DNA of 64,000 nucleotides from Bacillota bacterium (lineage in GTDB: Bacteria; Bacillota; Peptococcia; Peptococcales; BICA1-8): the NCBI GenBank assembly GCA_049323895.1, contig JBMOKT010000008.1:250243-314242 (forward strand). Reading direction: 5' to 3'. This document shows positions 18,641 through 28,247 of the stretch, piece after piece; position 1 is the stretch's first letter, and every line of letters begins with the position of its first letter. The translations under genes and the position numbers were made by a program. Below the pieces are notes generated by a model. It saw nothing but the letters and a program-made list of their open reading frames with translations, was not told the origin of the DNA and made no database searches.

Positions 18641-19690
18641 TTATTTTGCTTCTGGTGGAATTAGTCTGTCAGGAATATTCATACCCTTTTCTTTAAAGTA
18701 TTTGTAGGCACCTGCATGGAGGGGAGCAGGAAGACCATCCAGTGCAGTCTCTAAGGTAATATTCTTTGCTGACTGGTGAACAGCATGCATTTCTTGCAGG
18801 TTTTCAAAGAGTGTCTTTGTTAACAAGTAAACAGTCTCTTCATCAGTGGGTGCACTTACCGCCAGCCAGTTGGGCTGGGCAATGGTATTAATAGGCTTGT
18901 CTTGACCCGGATATACGTTTGGCTGAATTGTATAGGCATACCAGGTATCAAAGACACTGTTAATTCCTTTTAGGTCTTCCTCAGTGAAATCTAATACTCG
19001 CACTTTAGTGGGGCTGGCATAGAGGTCGGTAACAGCCGATGCAGGTGGTCCTGCAGGCATTGAGGCACCGTCTATGTTGCCGTTTTTCATAGCGTCGGCA
19101 GATTCACTATATCCTAGATACTCAGGCTTAATATCATTAGCAGTTAAGCCTAAACCTTTCATAATTATCAATGTGGATTCCTCAGTACCGCTGCCGGAAG
19201 GTCCTACGGAGATTCCTAAACCTTTTATATCCTTGACATTTCCGGTTTTGACCTTATCCTCCACCAGGGTAAAATGCTCTACATTAGGCCACAACATACT
19301 AATAGAACGAAGCTCTTTGTATGCATTGCCTTCAAATTTTCCTTTACCGGACCAAGCCATAGCACCAATAAGACCTTGCATGATGGCCAGTTGTGCTTCA
19401 CCTTTTCTAAGGATATCAATATTTTCCACAGAGCCTGCAGATGATTGTCCAGTAACATTAATATTTTGTTCTTTTAGTTTGTCGGTCCAAAGGGTAGCCA
19501 TTCCCATCCCTATAGGATAATAAGTACCACCTGTAGAAGCTGTAGTAATGGTTAAAAATTGTCTTTTAGGAGGAGCAGGTTTCTCTCCCTCAGTTTTTTT
19601 CCCTCCTCCGCCGCCCCCGCAGCCGGCAACAGTAATAACGAAAGATAAAATAATTAATAAAGAAATAACCTTAATCCACTTTTTTTTCAC
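18641..19690 (-). CDS. TAXI-family TRAP transporter solute-binding lipoprotein
   Basis: 349 aa. Lipobox VAGCGGGGGG, then TTASTGGTYYPIG, which is typical of TAXI receptors. Confidence 0.8.
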   Translation of the reverse strand: MKKKWIKVISLLIILSFVITVAGCGGGGGGKKTEGEKPAPPKRQFLTITTASTGGTYYPIGMGMATLWTDKLKEQNINVTGQSSAGSVENIDILRKGEAQLAIMQGLIGAMAWSGKGKFEGNAYKELRSISMLWPNVEHFTLVEDKVKTGNVKDIKGLGISVGPSGSGTEESTLIIMKGLGLTANDIKPEYLGYSESADAMKNGNIDGASMPAGPPASAVTDLYASPTKVRVLDFTEEDLKGINSVFDTWYAYTIQPNVYPGQDKPINTIAQPNWLAVSAPTDEETVYLLTKTLFENLQEMHAVHQSAKNITLETALDGLPAPLHAGAYKYFKEKGMNIPDRLIPPEAK

Positions 19691-19734
19691 ATGATTTCCC
19701 CCTCGTAATTAATTCATTAAACATAAAAGAAAAA

Positions 19735-20520
19735 CTACTGGATACTCACCTCCCTCCCCACTGTTTTATTATTAAGCTTATTCTCAAGTTGTCGGCAGGT
19801 AATGGTAATGTCCTCTAAATGCTCCAGCATGGCACTTTTAGCCTTTTTCGGATTTCTCTCTGCAATGGCTTGAAATATTTTTTTATGCTGGTCTAAAATA
19901 TCCTGGGGTCTGCCGGGGATACACCTGGAATATTGCCTGGTATGCTTTTGACAGTGTTTGATTAACTCGCTCAAGCTTTCCATAACCTGATAAAGAATTG
20001 AATTATGGCTGGCTTTAGCAATTATAAGATGATAACTTAAATCGGTCTCTTCCCCTAATTTACCTTGTCTCATTTCCTCCTGCATCTTAGTAAGTACTTT
20101 CTCTATTTCCCCTAAATCCTCTTCATTGGCATTTTCAGCAGCCAAAGCAGCTATATTGACTTCAATGGCTTTTCTGGCATCCAGCATTTCATAAACAACA
20201 CCGGATTTTATTAAAATATTCACAGCCAGCGGATGGATATGGGTATGCAGGTCTATATCCCTGATAAAGCTTCCTTCTCCATGGCGCATTTCAATAATTT
20301 CCGCCATTTCCAGAGCACTTAAAGCTTCGCGGATGGAAGGACGGCTTACACCAAACATTTCTTCCAATTTTTTTTCCGTAGGAAGTCTATCACCAGGCAT
20401 CAATTCGCCATTACTGATTAGAGTTATTATTTGCTCTGCTATTTCTTGCGGTATCTTACGTTTAGAAATTTTTTGCACTTCCACTATAACCACTCCCCTA
20501 GTTGTAAGACAACATGACAA
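19735..20520 (-). CDS. GntR/FadR-family transcriptional regulator
   Basis: GntR HTH (GDRLPTEKKLEEMFGVSRPSIREALSALE) plus a C-terminal FCD-like helical domain. The true start is probably a GTG near 20484 (GGGGAG SD). Confidence 0.8.
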   Translation of the reverse strand: MSCCLTTRGVVIVEVQKISKRKIPQEIAEQIITLISNGELMPGDRLPTEKKLEEMFGVSRPSIREALSALEMAEIIEMRHGEGSFIRDIDLHTHIHPLAVNILIKSGVVYEMLDARKAIEVNIAALAAENANEEDLGEIEKVLTKMQEEMRQGKLGEETDLSYHLIIAKASHNSILYQVMESLSELIKHCQKHTRQYSRCIPGRPQDILDQHKKIFQAIAERNPKKAKSAMLEHLEDITITCRQLENKLNNKTVGREVSIQ

Positions 20521-20623
20521 TCTATTTGTCTGTTTATATTCTCCAGCACATTCGCAATTCCTTCCAGGTTGTTTTTAAAAATTGTTAACTTTCTTATAAT
20601 TTAAAATAATGCTTTTGGTAAAA

Positions 20624-21067
20624 TTAATTTATCATCCTACTTACTATCCGCTCATAAACCTGCTCAAATAATAATCCCGCGGCAAACCAGACTGGTGCAT
20701 AATCCAATCTTATATACCCCCGAACGGAAAATGGAGTATCGCCGCTATAATCCCAAGGACAAGCACCTATTAATGAATGTAATAAAAATCCTGTTAAAAA
20801 CTCCATAGCAAAAATCAGAGACATATAAATAAGCCCTCGAATCCACCACTTGTTATCCTTTATTTCCAGGTAAATATCCTCTAAAAATACAGCCAAGCCA
20901 TAAATAGGAAACATCCAAAGATAGGTATGGCTATCAAGGGTCCATTCTCCTTTTAAAAGAGACCCCAATCCTGTCCAAATTATTTCAACTATCCAACCTA
21001 GTAATCCATAGAAAACAAATTTTTTCAGCATAAATATATTTTGTGTAAAATTTAGGGGAGAATACAT
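20624..21067 (-). CDS. small polytopic membrane protein (resembles the PF06541 'putative ABC-transporter type IV' family)
   Basis: 147 aa, 4 TM helices. The PWDYSG..YIRLDYAPVWFAAG block resembles that family. Called from memory. Confidence 0.4.
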   Translation of the reverse strand: MYSPLNFTQNIFMLKKFVFYGLLGWIVEIIWTGLGSLLKGEWTLDSHTYLWMFPIYGLAVFLEDIYLEIKDNKWWIRGLIYMSLIFAMEFLTGFLLHSLIGACPWDYSGDTPFSVRGYIRLDYAPVWFAAGLLFEQVYERIVSRMIN

Positions 21068-21137
21068 TTTTTGTTTGCCGGAATTTAAATATTTTGTTAA
21101 TATATCTATATATCACGATATATGGGAGGTTTAGTAA

Positions 21138-21491
21138 TTGAATCAAATTCTTAACATACTAATTGGTGTTTTAGTGGTCTATCAGCTTTATAATTTTTAT
21201 TTGGTATTTAAGGCCCCTGCCATTATACCTTCCGAGGCTAAAAAAATGAAAAAAGATGTATTTTTTTTAGATGTGCGTACTGTAAACGAGTACAGCAGAG
21301 GCCATATTCCAGGTTCCAAAAATATTCCCTTGCACCAACTTGGAAAAAGACTTGCAGAAATACCCAGGGATAAAACAATTATTGTTGTCTGCCAAAGTGG
21401 AACCCGCAGTGCTAAAGGTACAGTAAAGCTATTAAAGCAGGGATTCAAAAATGTTTTCAGCCTAAAAGGCGGCATGGTGGCCTGGAAATAG
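21138..21491 (+). CDS. membrane-anchored single-domain rhodanese (sulfurtransferase)
   Basis: N-terminal TM helix. Rhodanese active-site loop CQSGTRS. TTG start with GGGAGG SD. Confidence 0.8.
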   Translation: MNQILNILIGVLVVYQLYNFYLVFKAPAIIPSEAKKMKKDVFFLDVRTVNEYSRGHIPGSKNIPLHQLGKRLAEIPRDKTIIVVCQSGTRSAKGTVKLLKQGFKNVFSLKGGMVAWK

Positions 21492-21557
21492 ACGAAAAAA
21501 ATGCATACCTTACCCTTATTTTTCTAATACTAATATTAAAATAGGGGGTGAGTTATT

Positions 21558-21950
21558 GTGCGGTGGCGTGAAACCGAGATTCGTGATATTATGTTAAACC
21601 CGTCCAGCATCGGTATCAAAGTAACACCAGAGGATGTTTTCCTATTAAATGTCCGGGGCTATTACCTGCTGCTTGCAACCAAGTTTTCTAAAGAAGAGTT
21701 GACAACAGAAAAATTCCAAGAACTTTACCTTAAATTTTTAGGTTTAGCACAGGAAAACGGTTTTTCCGTGGAAAGACACGATGTTAATTTTTCCGAAAGC
21801 TGGCTGCATAACCAAATAGAAAGGGTTAATGAAAAAAGGAAATTTGCCAGTGCCATAATGAATATGCTGGATACAAATAAAACATCCAATGATGTAGTAT
21901 TTAGTGCTCTGGAATCAGGTGATTTGTACGAAGTGAATCCGATACAATGA
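21558..21950 (+). CDS. hypothetical protein
   Basis: 130-aa ORF with a GTG start behind GGGGGTGA. No motif recognised. Confidence 0.45.
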   Translation: MRWRETEIRDIMLNPSSIGIKVTPEDVFLLNVRGYYLLLATKFSKEELTTEKFQELYLKFLGLAQENGFSVERHDVNFSESWLHNQIERVNEKRKFASAIMNMLDTNKTSNDVVFSALESGDLYEVNPIQ

Positions 21951-21958
21951 ATGCGAAA

Positions 21959-22019
<61 letters not shown>

Positions 22020-22057
22020 AATTGTAACAGAAAAGCAAAGCAGTCAATGCCAGAATT

Positions 22058-22090
22058 AAAAAAACGGGCTTTACGCCCGTTTTTATTTTT
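22058..22090. terminator. bidirectional intrinsic terminator
   Basis: AAAAAAACGGGC-TTTAC-GCCCGTTTTTATTTTT has an A-run and a U-run on both sides. It lies between convergent genes. Confidence 0.8.
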
Positions 22091-22204
22091 CATCACTATT
22101 AATCTTACCTTTACCTTATTTACAATGTCACGATGTCACATCCCGGTAAATTGCCATTCATCATACCACGTCTTTTACTTTCACACTATCACACTTTCAA
22201 ACTA
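22091..22204 (-). repeat. mosaic island B (inverted module order relative to islands A and F)
   Basis: cttacctttacctta; gtcacgatgtcaca; a 26-nt core at 22137-22162 that is the reverse complement of 55654-55679 (25/26); ctttcacactatcacactttcaaactat running into the TAG stop of the next gene. Confidence 0.75.
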
Positions 22205-24073
22205 TTTAACTGTCTGTGCATACTGCAAAATAATATTCAGCCAATAATATGCTTCTTTTACCTTCAATGTCCGATTGTTGTTTAGCTTGCCTGCTAACAG
22301 GTCATCCGTCAATCCAGCGCCTTTAATCGAAGACCAGGCATCCTGTTCAATATCTTTGCCAAAGGACTCTAAGATAATTTCAGCAGCTAAATCTCTTGTA
22401 AGGGGCTCATTTTTTTCCAAGTAGGTGTATTTATTTAAATCCATCATTTCCTGGGCTAAGGTCTGGTAAAGTTCAGGGTTTGACCTCTGGATTATATTTT
22501 GAATGCCGAAAACAAACATATGCTTAGTTGCAGCGGTATCTGCCCCAATATTATTTTTATAACCACCTACAATCAGTCCATAGTTCATTAATCCTCTGAG
22601 AGACTCATAGTACCATTCCCCTTGATAAGGGTAGCTTAAGTTAAAGTGTTCTATATAAGCCCCCTGGCTGGATAAGACCGATCTTAGTTTTTTGATAATT
22701 GGTTCATCTTTGGTCATTGCCCGGAAAGTAATTCCTTCCCCTAGTGATATTGCTGCAGCAACACCTGCAGCTTGACCCGTCGCCATTCCGGTAGCAACAA
22801 TTCTTACACTGCCTGCTGCCAGTGATGAATAGCCCGCAGAACGTCCAGTGACTAATAAATTATCAATTTCCAGAGGTACCAAGGAACGAAATGGAATTGC
22901 ATATTGGATAGGGTCACAGGTAACATAGCCTAAGTCATATATAGTCTGGGCTTGAACATCAACAGGATATCCGCCAATGGCAATGCTGTCCCAATGGTCT
23001 CGATTTTCCCAGATGTCTGAGACTGGCAGTTGGTACTCGGTCAAGACATGTCTGGTCTCCCTAACGTATAGCTCGGGAGGATAAGAGGAAATTTCCGCTC
23101 TTTCAAAGCCCTGAAAATTCTTGCGTAAATATTCTAAAATATGAGCAGTTTCCCGCTTGCCTTTTTCGATAGCTTCCTGCTTTGATTTCTGGTCAAGACC
23201 GTCTACACCGAAAATCTGCAGAGCATTGATATAAACCTCATCATTACCTATACGGGACATATTAAGACCCCTGAGGCGGGTGTTTTCCTCAACAGGCTTA
23301 TACATGTTTATTAATTGACCAAAGCCCCAGGCAATCTCGTTATTTGCATTGGAATAACCAAATTTCTTAGATTTTACAGTCTCTCTAACACCGTTCCAGT
23401 CTACCCCTTTATAGTGCAGCATTAAAGTGACAGCCATCTTTTTATCCGGAAGCCCTATGTCTTCACTGCCAATAAAATATGGTGCCCCGGCCAGTACACT
23501 GAAATCGGCATCCTGGGTAGCATCAATAAAACGCTTGCCAATTATTTTTATCTGTTCTCCTTCTTTATTAACTAACATTTCCGATAGGCTGTTGCCGGTT
23601 TCATTCTTTGTTATATCAACCACATCGGTATTTAAATATAAAGTAAGATTCTTTTCCGCCTTTACCAGTTGGGCAAAGGCAGATTTTGCCTCAGCAATAT
23701 CAAAAGTGGAATAGCCGCTGAGGGACTTATGCCATTCCTTAAAAACCCCTTGTGATGTTAATTTTCCATTAGCGCCTAATGGAAAATCAATAAAATTCAT
23801 CATGCCAAAGGTAAATAAGCCGCCTAATGCATCCCGTTGTTCTATTAAAAGAGTTTTGCTCCCGTTTCTTGCCGCTGCTACCGCCGCTGCTACTCCCTCA
23901 GGCTCACCTCCTACAACTATAACCTCATAGGATTCAACCCGGGGAGGGATTTGTTCCTTATCTCCATCTAATTTAGGTGTTTCACTGTGAGTCTGCCCTG
24001 TTTCCGTAGAATAAAAAGCAACAAGCAGTAAAAGGAAGCAAATAAGGATTATAGACTTACGGAATATTTTCAA
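22202..24073 (-). CDS. secreted FAD-dependent oxidoreductase (PF12831-like)
   Basis: 623 aa. Signal peptide, then a dinucleotide-binding fold VIVVGGEPEGVAAAVAAARNGSKTLLIEQRDALGG. Confidence 0.65.
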   Translation of the reverse strand: MKIFRKSIILICFLLLLVAFYSTETGQTHSETPKLDGDKEQIPPRVESYEVIVVGGEPEGVAAAVAAARNGSKTLLIEQRDALGGLFTFGMMNFIDFPLGANGKLTSQGVFKEWHKSLSGYSTFDIAEAKSAFAQLVKAEKNLTLYLNTDVVDITKNETGNSLSEMLVNKEGEQIKIIGKRFIDATQDADFSVLAGAPYFIGSEDIGLPDKKMAVTLMLHYKGVDWNGVRETVKSKKFGYSNANNEIAWGFGQLINMYKPVEENTRLRGLNMSRIGNDEVYINALQIFGVDGLDQKSKQEAIEKGKRETAHILEYLRKNFQGFERAEISSYPPELYVRETRHVLTEYQLPVSDIWENRDHWDSIAIGGYPVDVQAQTIYDLGYVTCDPIQYAIPFRSLVPLEIDNLLVTGRSAGYSSLAAGSVRIVATGMATGQAAGVAAAISLGEGITFRAMTKDEPIIKKLRSVLSSQGAYIEHFNLSYPYQGEWYYESLRGLMNYGLIVGGYKNNIGADTAATKHMFVFGIQNIIQRSNPELYQTLAQEMMDLNKYTYLEKNEPLTRDLAAEIILESFGKDIEQDAWSSIKGAGLTDDLLAGKLNNNRTLKVKEAYYWLNIILQYAQTVK

Positions 24074-24127
24074 TTAATAAACCCCTTTCCCAGGCAAATA
24101 TATTTTTAATACTTTCAAAAGTCAAAC

Positions 24128-25162
24128 TTAATCAATTTTCTTAAATGTTACTGCGTCAAGACTGGGAACAACATTTATCCAAGCATGCTGACCAAAAAAT
24201 TTCATTGGCTTTCCATCAACATAAAATTCAAACTCACTTTCGGCATTACTTTTTTTCCAGCTGCCTCTATATACCTGGCCATTTGTAAAGAAAAATGCCT
24301 TGTCACCGCCAATAATTTCAATATTAGATTTCAGTATTTTTCCATCCATATATTCACGGGTTTTGGCTGCCATAACAATGACATTTTCTGTATAAATCTC
24401 CTCCCCTGTCAAAACCTTATGGGGTATACCGTTAATATATCTTTTAAACCTTGCTCCATCCCATTCATATGTAACAGTATATAGGTATTTAGGGTCAGTG
24501 GAGTATGTAATATCTACCAAACTTATGGGTTCTCCGCCAGGCATGTCTTTACCCAAGGGCAGAGGCTTAAGAGACAGGAGTTCATAACCTTTTTTGTTAG
24601 CGCCAGTAACCATGAGCTCAGTACTGGTGTAAAGATTATGAGGGGGTTTGCGGCTTTTATCCCTCTGGAAATAGGCTCCTGAATTATAAATTTCATCAAA
24701 ATCTTTTAATTTGAGTTTGGCAATTAGGTCTAGTGCTTCGGCACTGCCCCCGGCATGAGCAAAAGGCAAATCATGACCCTTTGCAATATACGCAAAATAG
24801 TAACGGGCACTCCTAATAGGTCCGATTTTTTCCGCCTGGTTAGAATGGAAAACCGCTAAATAACGGGTTATTCCACCTTCGGCAAGTATTTCATATACCC
24901 GGTCAGCTTGGTTTAAACCGCTGTGGGGATAGGCATTGCGGTGGTTATCAATAGAAACAATAAAGGCTCCCGGTAATTCCTTATTTTCCTTAACCAGAGG
25001 CTCTTTAGTACTTATGGGGGGCGAAGTTTCGGGGATAGATTCTTCTACCTTTTCCGAATTGGTGATTACTTTTTCCGTACTTTCCTTTTCAGGCTCCTTA
25101 TTGCTGCAACCAGTAGAACTTAACAATAAGAAAACTAGGAATAAAAATAGAAATTTACGCAT
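24128..25162 (-). CDS. DUF3048 (YerB-like) lipoprotein
   Basis: Lipobox LLSSTGCS. Family block PHSGLNQADRVYEILAEGGITRYLAVF. Confidence 0.7.
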   Translation of the reverse strand: MRKFLFLFLVFLLLSSTGCSNKEPEKESTEKVITNSEKVEESIPETSPPISTKEPLVKENKELPGAFIVSIDNHRNAYPHSGLNQADRVYEILAEGGITRYLAVFHSNQAEKIGPIRSARYYFAYIAKGHDLPFAHAGGSAEALDLIAKLKLKDFDEIYNSGAYFQRDKSRKPPHNLYTSTELMVTGANKKGYELLSLKPLPLGKDMPGGEPISLVDITYSTDPKYLYTVTYEWDGARFKRYINGIPHKVLTGEEIYTENVIVMAAKTREYMDGKILKSNIEIIGGDKAFFFTNGQVYRGSWKKSNAESEFEFYVDGKPMKFFGQHAWINVVPSLDAVTFKKID

Positions 25163-25243
25163 ACTAACACCTCTGCATTAATGGTTTAGTATTCTCTTTC
25201 TATCACATCCCTAGCTTTTCCTTCTTAACTGTATGGAAAAGAC

Positions 25244-25714
25244 CTATAAATCCTTAAATTTTCTAAAAAGATGGCTGTTTTCCAATAAATGCAGCAACGG
25301 CAAACCCAGAAGGTAGCAGGCTCCAATCTGACCTAAAGCTACATATCCCGCTGTCAGGTAGAAAGGCATATCTGAGAAGAAACTCCACATATAGCCAATA
25401 ACTAAAGCATTTATTACTACGGGCGGAAGGGGAGCAAGCCATTTGTTGGGCATTTTACGGGTCAAATAAGCTGCCAGCAATGTGGCTAAACTGCCAAAGA
25501 CAATGTCATAAATCCCTAATCCACTATAAATATTTGCTATTGCACAACCGATAAAAAGTCCTAAAATACTCTGAGGCATCAAGAAAGGCAGGATTGTCAA
25601 AGCCTCCGAGACCCGCAACTGAACAAAATTATAAGATAAAGGGGCTAAACCGATGGTTAATGCTGCATAAATAGCGGCAATTAGGCTAATCTTAGTAATA
25701 GATTTTGTATTCAT
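25244..25714 (-). CDS. queT: QueT-family queuosine-precursor transporter (ECF S-component-like)
   Basis: Start at MNTKSITKISLIAAIYAALTIGLAP.. (GGAGG SD at comp. 25720-25724). About 5 TM helices. N-terminal pattern typical of QueT. Confidence 0.65.
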   Translation of the reverse strand: MNTKSITKISLIAAIYAALTIGLAPLSYNFVQLRVSEALTILPFLMPQSILGLFIGCAIANIYSGLGIYDIVFGSLATLLAAYLTRKMPNKWLAPLPPVVINALVIGYMWSFFSDMPFYLTAGYVALGQIGACYLLGLPLLHLLENSHLFRKFKDL

Positions 25715-25906
25715 GTTTACCTCCAAAATCAATATGAAAGGGTGAGTTATTTGCAAAGCACCGGAAACACTGGAGAAACTGTAAAATCTTCAGGTCAATA
25801 TGTAAACAAATACGGGAAGAAAGTTTCTTTAGAAGAGGGAAAGAATTTTCCTCCTTGCCCTGAAAAAGGCATTCCTACCAGTTGGCAAAAGGTTGATTAG
25901 AGGACT

Positions 25907-26632
25907 CTAGACCCAGTTCTTCAAACCTTCCATATCAGTAATAACAATACTTTTTCCCGAAATATCAACAACTTCAGCTTGGTTTAATTTACTCAAAATC
26001 CTGCTTATTGTTTCTCTGGTTGTTCCTACAAAGGCGGCAAGGTCCTGGCGTGTTATATTAACGCAGAGTTCAGTACCTGCTTTGGTTTTCCTGCCATGGC
26101 CTTCCGCAAGGGCAATCAATACCTGAATGGTCCTTTCAACAGCATCATTAGCGCCCAAGTGTCTGATTCGCTCCTGGATAGTAAGGATTTTACCAGTTAA
26201 AGCTCTAATTAGCTGCAAAGCAATACGGGGATTAGCTGAAACAAGATTCTCCAGCTTGTCATTCTTTATCATGCCTATTTCTGCATCCTCAATTACTTCT
26301 GCACTAGCGGGATAGGTGCTTTTTTCCTGAAAAAGTGTAACCTCGGCAAAGATATCACCAGTTCCCAGAATATGAATGATTATTTCCCGACCGGTTTCGG
26401 AAACTTTGGAAATTTTCACCTTACCCGACTTAACAAAATATAGGGCAGAACCGGGATCCCCTTCCATAAAAATAATTTTTCCCTTAGGAAAAGACTTTTC
26501 TTCTATTACCCCACTAATTAAATTTAATAAGTTATCATCTAAATCCTTAAATAAACCTACCTTTTTTAAAAAAGCCTGGTTTTTAACGTCCAAATAACCT
26601 CCTCCTTTTTTCAAAATAGTTTTCCCATACAA
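25907..26632 (-). CDS. Crp/Fnr-family transcriptional regulator
   Basis: cNMP-binding beta-barrel (FMEGDPGSALYFVKSGKVKI) plus a C-terminal HTH (RQDLAAFVGTTRETISRILSKL). The start may be a TTG at 26593 behind GGAGGAGG. Confidence 0.85.
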   Translation of the reverse strand: MYGKTILKKGGGYLDVKNQAFLKKVGLFKDLDDNLLNLISGVIEEKSFPKGKIIFMEGDPGSALYFVKSGKVKISKVSETGREIIIHILGTGDIFAEVTLFQEKSTYPASAEVIEDAEIGMIKNDKLENLVSANPRIALQLIRALTGKILTIQERIRHLGANDAVERTIQVLIALAEGHGRKTKAGTELCVNITRQDLAAFVGTTRETISRILSKLNQAEVVDISGKSIVITDMEGLKNWV

Positions 26633-26792
26633 TAAAAAAGCCGGGATAAATTTTTCCCAGCGAATAACTACTCAAAAACAGTTTTGATAACGCAGGTCGC
26701 TGCCACTGCGAAAGTTGTACTATCAAAGAAAATATATCACCTATTAACCTAAAAATCAATGGTTGATTCCTATCAGAACTAGTCTGTTTATC

Positions 26793-27875
26793 CTATTTAT
26801 TCCCAGGACAGGTATACTGCTTTTGGGGCGTTACATTTATCTCGAACTTTTCCATATCCTCTACCAGACTCCAAACTTTGTTCATTATCCTTTGTCCCTC
26901 AGCAACCATGTTATAGTAGTGTAAATGGGTCAAATTAGAAGCATTATTGGCTAACAGCAGTATTTCTTTTTCCACCTCTTTTTCTTCTTCTGCAAATTCA
27001 TTAATTATTCTTGATTCCAGCGGTTTGCCATAAAGTATGTGGTCATAAATCCTTTGGTGGTATAAGAAGATTGATGTTAAATAGTGGTGGATTTTCTGGC
27101 GAATTTCATGGTGACATTCATCAGGAGGAGCTAAAATAATACTTCGATGGATTTCCAACAATCTTTCCAAGTTTGATTGAACTGCATTAATGGATTTTCT
27201 TATTAAAAAATAGCTATCTTTGGCTTTACCTTCCTGGTATCCTAGCATACTTTCAATAGATAGTGCATAAATTCCTCGAGTCTCTTCTAACAATTCTTTC
27301 AAATATAAGGTTTTATCCTTCACTTCTTTTTTGCTTAAATAAGTTTCCCTGACAATATCATTGACACACAGATAATAAAAATCTTCAAAGATATGGCGCA
27401 GCTTATCAACCTTTTCTATCAGCCGAGAAGTATGACGGGGCGGTATCAATAGGTTAAGGGCAAATGCAACTGCCAAACCTATGAATATCATTATCATTCT
27501 GTTTTTAACTATTAAAAAGTAATCTCCTCTTCCTGCCTCGCCTACCAGGATTAAGGTAATAACCGCCAGTATGATACTCTCCTGCCAGCCTAACCTAATA
27601 CATATCCAGATTGTTAATATTGCAGCTAAAGCTATAAGAAGCATATTTCCGCTAAAATAATAGGCAATAAAAATGGCAATTATACAGCCAATAGTTGTTG
27701 CTAATAACTGGTTTTTAATTGTGTTTAGAGACCCTTTTAGGGATGGCTGCAGGCCAACCAGTGCAGTTATTGCTGCCAACTCCCCATTCCCAAGGTTTAA
27801 CATGTTGGAAATCAAAAGAGCAAAGTATATTCCAACCCCTGTTTTAAATGTTCGCATTCCTAATTTAATTTTCAC
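26793..27875 (-). CDS. aromatic-acid-exporter / FUSC-like membrane protein (UPF0421, YgaE-like)
   Basis: N-terminus (V)KIKLGMRTFKTGVGIYFALLI.. followed by a soluble helical C-terminal half. GTG start at 27875 preferred over the ORF-track start at 27974. Confidence 0.6.
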   Translation of the reverse strand: MKIKLGMRTFKTGVGIYFALLISNMLNLGNGELAAITALVGLQPSLKGSLNTIKNQLLATTIGCIIAIFIAYYFSGNMLLIALAAILTIWICIRLGWQESIILAVITLILVGEAGRGDYFLIVKNRMIMIFIGLAVAFALNLLIPPRHTSRLIEKVDKLRHIFEDFYYLCVNDIVRETYLSKKEVKDKTLYLKELLEETRGIYALSIESMLGYQEGKAKDSYFLIRKSINAVQSNLERLLEIHRSIILAPPDECHHEIRQKIHHYLTSIFLYHQRIYDHILYGKPLESRIINEFAEEEKEVEKEILLLANNASNLTHLHYYNMVAEGQRIMNKVWSLVEDMEKFEINVTPQKQYTCPGNK

Positions 27876-28033
27876 AAAAGAACACTTCCCTGAAGATATA
27901 TAATAATAGAATATTATAACTACTTGGAATAAATTACAATAGCAAAAATTAATCAATAATACTATTTTTGCCATCTATTACTATTTATTACATTTGCATT
28001 TTAATTTTAACTGTGTTATGATAATTATACTGT

Positions 28034-28109
28034 CGCGGGATAGAGCAGCTGGCAGCTCGTCGGGCTCATAACCCGGAGGTCGGAGGTTCAAATCCTCCTC
28101 CCGCAACCA
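28034..28109 (+). tRNA. initiator tRNA-Met (anticodon CAT)
   Basis: CGCGGGATAGAGCAGC..TCGGGCTCATAACCCGG..GGTTCAAATCC..CCCGCAACCA. It has a C1:A72 mismatch, three G:C pairs at the base of the anticodon stem, and an encoded CCA. Confidence 0.9.
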
Positions 28110-28147
28110 AAAAAAACGCCTGCGGCGTTAGTATTTATCTAAACGAT

Positions 28148-28180
28148 AAAAAAACACACTTTTCTAGTGTGTTTTTTTAT
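28148..28180 (+). terminator. intrinsic terminator downstream of the tRNA
   Basis: AAAAACACACT-TTTCT-AGTGTGTTTTTTTAT. A weaker hairpin AACGCC-TGC-GGCGTT sits at 28115-28129. Confidence 0.7.
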
Positions 28181-28247
28181 TTAGCTATTAGTATTTTGAA
28201 AATTTTGGGTTATAATATTAACAAACTTGCCACATGGAGGTAAAAGA

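Noticed and set aside
25715-25830. Expected a preQ1 riboswitch upstream of queT
   Set aside because: I could not find the preQ1-I signature (a short hairpin followed by CCC..AAAAAACUA) or anything resembling preQ1-II. The only feature is a possible anti-SD pairing (UCUCCAG with UUGGAGG). This needs a covariance-model scan before any claim.
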